NCBI GenBank assembly: GCA_033551855.1
Contig: JAWSUI010000008.1
Location: 1-51,053 of the forward strand
Source: Deferrisomatales bacterium
GTDB lineage: Bacteria > Desulfobacterota > Deferrisomatia > Deferrisomatales > JACRMM01
Direction: 5' to 3'
Length of the DNA: 51,053 nucleotides
In this document: positions 47,910-51,053 of the stretch, piece by piece
Layout of the letters: each line of letters opens with the position of its first letter
Numbering within the stretch: the stretch's first letter is position 1
Notes under the pieces: model-generated
Told to the model about the DNA's origin: nothing
The model's database searches: none
The model's input: the letters and a program-made list of their open reading frames with translations, nothing else
Position numbers and translations under genes: made by a program

Positions 47910-50141
47910 ATGTTCCGAGAGATGTGGGTCGCCCTGCGCCACTTCATTCACGACTTCTTCGGGGCCGCGATCCGGGGGGCGCGCCGCAACCGCAAGGGGC
48001 TCTTGGTGTTCCTCGGCGTCTCGTTCGTGGCGCTGATCCTCTTCGTGGTCGTGGCGCTCCAGGCCACGGCGTCGCCCAAGTTCTGCGGCTCCTGTCACAT
48101 CATGGACACCTACATCGAGTCGTGGGAGATGTCCACCCACAACGAGGTGGGGTGCATGGAGTGCCACTTCGAGCCGGGACTCAAGGGCGCCCTCTGGGGC
48201 AAGTGGAAGGCCCAGACCCACGTGGTCCTGATGATCACCGGCATGGCGCCCCCGCGTCCCCACACCCAGATCAGCGACGTTAGCTGCCTGCGCCAGGGGT
48301 GCCACTCCACGGAGGAGCTCGCCCAGGCGGATCTGGTCTACAAGGGAGTTCACTTCAGCCACGGCAGCCACCTGGGTGACCTGCGCCGGGTCAGCCGGCT
48401 GCGGTGCGTGACCTGCCACTCCCAGATCGTCCAGGGGGAGCACCTCACGGTCACCGAGAGCACCTGCTTCATCTGCCACTTCTACGACCGGGAGGCTGCC
48501 CCGGAACTGGCCGAGTGCCAGACGTGCCACGTCCAGACCAAGGCCAAGATCTACATCGACGCCAACGAGCACATGCCCTTCGTCCACCAGGACTACCTGG
48601 ACCGGGGGGTGCTGTGCGGCCAGTGCCACTTCGACGTGATCTTCGGGGACGGCCACCTGAAGGACAACATCTGCGTCCAGTGTCACGCGGAGCCGAGGAT
48701 CCTCCTGGGGGAGTACACGTCGGAGGAGATCCACGGGGATCACGTGACGGACCACAAGGTGGAGTGCTTCCGCTGCCACAGCGAGATCTCCCACGGCATC
48801 GCGCGCCCGACGAGCCCGCTTCTCACCGTGCCCACCGGCGGCGCCGGCGTGGGGCAGACCCCCGGGCCCCGCGGGTTCCGCGGTTACCACTACGACACGA
48901 ACTGCGTGAAATGCCACTCCTTCGAGCAGCACATCGCCAAGCGCCTCATGTACATGGGGACCGGGGCAGAGGAAGTGGCGGATGTGCCGAGCCCCATGTA
49001 CCTCGCCCACGCGGACTGCGCCACGTGCCACATCGCCCTCACGCGAACCGACGAGGGCATCCAGCAGACCCTGCGCCTGAGCTACGAGGAGGCCATCAAG
49101 TCCTGCTCCGACTGCCACGGTCCCGGGTACGACGACATGGCGGTGCACTGGATGGAGATCCTCACGGAGGAGCTGAAGAAGGCCGAGACGGCCCTGACGG
49201 AGGCCCGCAAGGAGGTGACCCGCAACCGCACCGTCGATGGGGCGGAGGCCGCCGGCCAACTGCTCGACGTGGCCGAGCGCAATCTCGCCTTCGCCAGGGG
49301 AGGACGGGGACTCCACAACATGGACTACGTCCTCAAGGTCCTGGGCGACGTGAGGGAACGCGCCGAGAGGGCCAAGGAGTTGGTGCTCCCCCAGTATCTC
49401 GCCCAGGCGGTGGAGATGCCCACCGGCTGCGTGCAGTTGTGCCACTCCTGCGTGGAGTGCATCGAGACCGAGCTGGTTCCTTTCGGGAACGTGCAGTTCC
49501 CCCACGACATCCATCAGGAGGAGGGGATGGACTGCCTGGACTGCCATACCCCCCGGGAGCGGCACGGGCTGACCTTCTTGAAGAACTGCAGCGAGTGCCA
49601 CCACGGCTCGGGGATGGGGGCGGTGGAGTGCCAGGACTGCCACATCGACAACCACAACCTCTTCCACGGCCAGAATGCCTGCGACGAGATCAGCTGCGAC
49701 GTCCGCGGCGAGCGCAATCCCATGGCCGACGCCGTGACCTGCCAGGAGTGTCACGTGGAGGTGCTGGCCGGGCGGCCCTCGACCCTCGAGGGGGTCAAGG
49801 CGACCTGCATCGCGTGCCACGACGACAGCTACGGGCCCATGGTGGACCGCGACAAGGAGCTCATCGCCACCCTGCCCATCGACGAGTTGCGGGTGCTGCA
49901 CAAGGAGACCCAGGGGATGATCCTGCGGGCCATCCGGGAGGGCCGGTACACCTACGACGCCCAGGACCTGCTCAACGCGGCGGAGAAGAATCTCCGGCTC
50001 TTCGAGACCGGGAGTGCCATCCACAACCCGCCTTTCTCGAAAGAGTTGCTGGACCGGGTGCGCGACCTGATCGAGCAGGCGCGAAAGACGCTGCAGACCC
50101 AGACGACGGTGCGCACCCTGCCCAAGGAAGCGTACCGCTGA
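47910..50141 (+). CDS. Membrane-anchored multiheme cytochrome c with NapC/NirT-like N-terminus
   Basis: N-terminal TM helix then FCGSCH; 16 CxxCH plus CLRQGCH (CX4CH) and CVQLCH (CX3CH). Confidence 0.93.
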   Translation: MFREMWVALRHFIHDFFGAAIRGARRNRKGLLVFLGVSFVALILFVVVALQATASPKFCGSCHIMDTYIESWEMSTHNEVGCMECHFEPGLKGALWGKWKAQTHVVLMITGMAPPRPHTQISDVSCLRQGCHSTEELAQADLVYKGVHFSHGSHLGDLRRVSRLRCVTCHSQIVQGEHLTVTESTCFICHFYDREAAPELAECQTCHVQTKAKIYIDANEHMPFVHQDYLDRGVLCGQCHFDVIFGDGHLKDNICVQCHAEPRILLGEYTSEEIHGDHVTDHKVECFRCHSEISHGIARPTSPLLTVPTGGAGVGQTPGPRGFRGYHYDTNCVKCHSFEQHIAKRLMYMGTGAEEVADVPSPMYLAHADCATCHIALTRTDEGIQQTLRLSYEEAIKSCSDCHGPGYDDMAVHWMEILTEELKKAETALTEARKEVTRNRTVDGAEAAGQLLDVAERNLAFARGGRGLHNMDYVLKVLGDVRERAERAKELVLPQYLAQAVEMPTGCVQLCHSCVECIETELVPFGNVQFPHDIHQEEGMDCLDCHTPRERHGLTFLKNCSECHHGSGMGAVECQDCHIDNHNLFHGQNACDEISCDVRGERNPMADAVTCQECHVEVLAGRPSTLEGVKATCIACHDDSYGPMVDRDKELIATLPIDELRVLHKETQGMILRAIREGRYTYDAQDLLNAAEKNLRLFETGSAIHNPPFSKELLDRVRDLIEQARKTLQTQTTVRTLPKEAYR

Positions 50142-50611
50142 CGGGTTCCCGTGCCGCCCCGGGAACGGGCCTGACGAGCGCCCAGGCTCCCGGAGCGGGT
50201 GGAGACGGGATCCGCCGGGAAGGTGTGGCTCCGTCGGGGTGAAGCTCGAGAGGGGTGGCGTGGCGCCACCCCTCTCGTCATCTGGGGCCCCTGGGGGACG
50301 ACGGGTTGCCGCACCCGAGGGCGGCCGGGTGGGTCCGACGGCGCAGGCGGAAGGCCGCGCGATGACCGTATCCCCCAAGGGGGACGGTGATTCTCTCGGG
50401 AGTTCCCGAGGGCCCGAGGGCTCGCAGCGTCAGCTCGTCCGGCATCGGCCGCCGGAGTGGGCGGACCCACCCGGCCGTTCCCCGGATGACCCGGTCTGAA
50501 AGGCGAACCGGGGGGGCCAGGGGGGATTCTCCCGGTCTGGTGCCCCTGGTATCCTGCGGGCACCCAGGGGCGCGGGACGGCCGAGCCGTTCCCCCATCCA
50601 GAGAGCGCCAC

Positions 50612-51053
50612 GTGGACGATCTGACCGCCGATCAGCGTCTGGATGCCCTCGCGGAAGAGGTGCGGCGTCTCTCGGAGCGCGTGGCGCGCCTCGAGGCCGT
50701 GTCCCAGCCTCTGCCTCCAGCGACGGAGGCAGCAGGGGCAGGGCCCCTGCCGGGGGCGGAGGAGGTGGCCGGGGGCACAGCGTACTCCTGGGGCTCCGCC
50801 AGCTCGGTCCTCGCGCGGACCGCGTCGGTCTGCTTCATCCTGGTGGTGGCGCTGGTGCTGCGGACCCTTGCGGACGCGGGGGTCCTGGGGCCGCGGGTCG
50901 GCACGGTGCTCGGCCTGGTTTACGCGACGGCCCTCGGGGGCTGGGGGTGGGTGCTGTATCCGCGAAGAGGCACCGCCGGCTCCCTGGTGGCCGTCTGCGG
51001 GAGCCTGCTCGCCTGTGCGGTGGTTGTGGAGGCCGGAACCCGTCTCGGGGCCC
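50612..51053 (+). CDS. DUF2339-like membrane protein, partial (runs off the window)
   Basis: GTG start; coiled LAEEVRRLSERVARLE, linker, then successive TM segments; frame open to the window end. Confidence 0.65.
   Translation, partial: MDDLTADQRLDALAEEVRRLSERVARLEAVSQPLPPATEAAGAGPLPGAEEVAGGTAYSWGSASSVLARTASVCFILVVALVLRTLADAGVLGPRVGTVLGLVYATALGGWGWVLYPRRGTAGSLVAVCGSLLACAVVVEAGTRLGA

Noticed and set aside
50142..50611. Riboswitch (e.g. GEMM-I) in the long intergenic region after the cytochrome
   Set aside because: GC-rich stems are present but I could not match the conserved consensus; needs an Rfam scan.

Overview
High-GC bacterial chromosome segment. Gene content (multiheme cytochrome, sigma-54 pilin operon, ygiQ, glgB, carB, coaD) suggests an anaerobic deltaproteobacterium-like organism; this is inference only. 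No rRNA, tRNA, CRISPR array, integrase or complete transposase was seen. Most of the window is housekeeping. Five regions stand out. (1) A ~12 kb all-minus-strand defence/toxin-antitoxin island between hisF and carB (~4500-16450) holds a type III R-M system, DUF5131, a DprA/SLOG protein, six different TA types and many gene scars. Its right half is punctuated by three diverged copies of a promoter+RBS+MPRIF gene-start unit, each heading different cargo, and it includes an in-frame XRE-HTH/MNT double-antitoxin fusion between two toxins. (2) An operon of two D-Ala-D-Ala-ligase-like ATP-grasp enzymes, a GNAT and a KamA-type aminomutase, with 10-bp-phased repeats over its promoter. (3) A sigma-54 minor-pilin operon led by a 1761-aa prepilin-type protein carrying adhesin-like Ig domains, with no pilY1. 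(4) A membrane-anchored cytochrome with up to 18 hemes. (5) An alanine dehydrogenase 3' end interrupted by an IS200/IS605-like hairpin at the window edge. All family calls are by motif recognition, without database searches.
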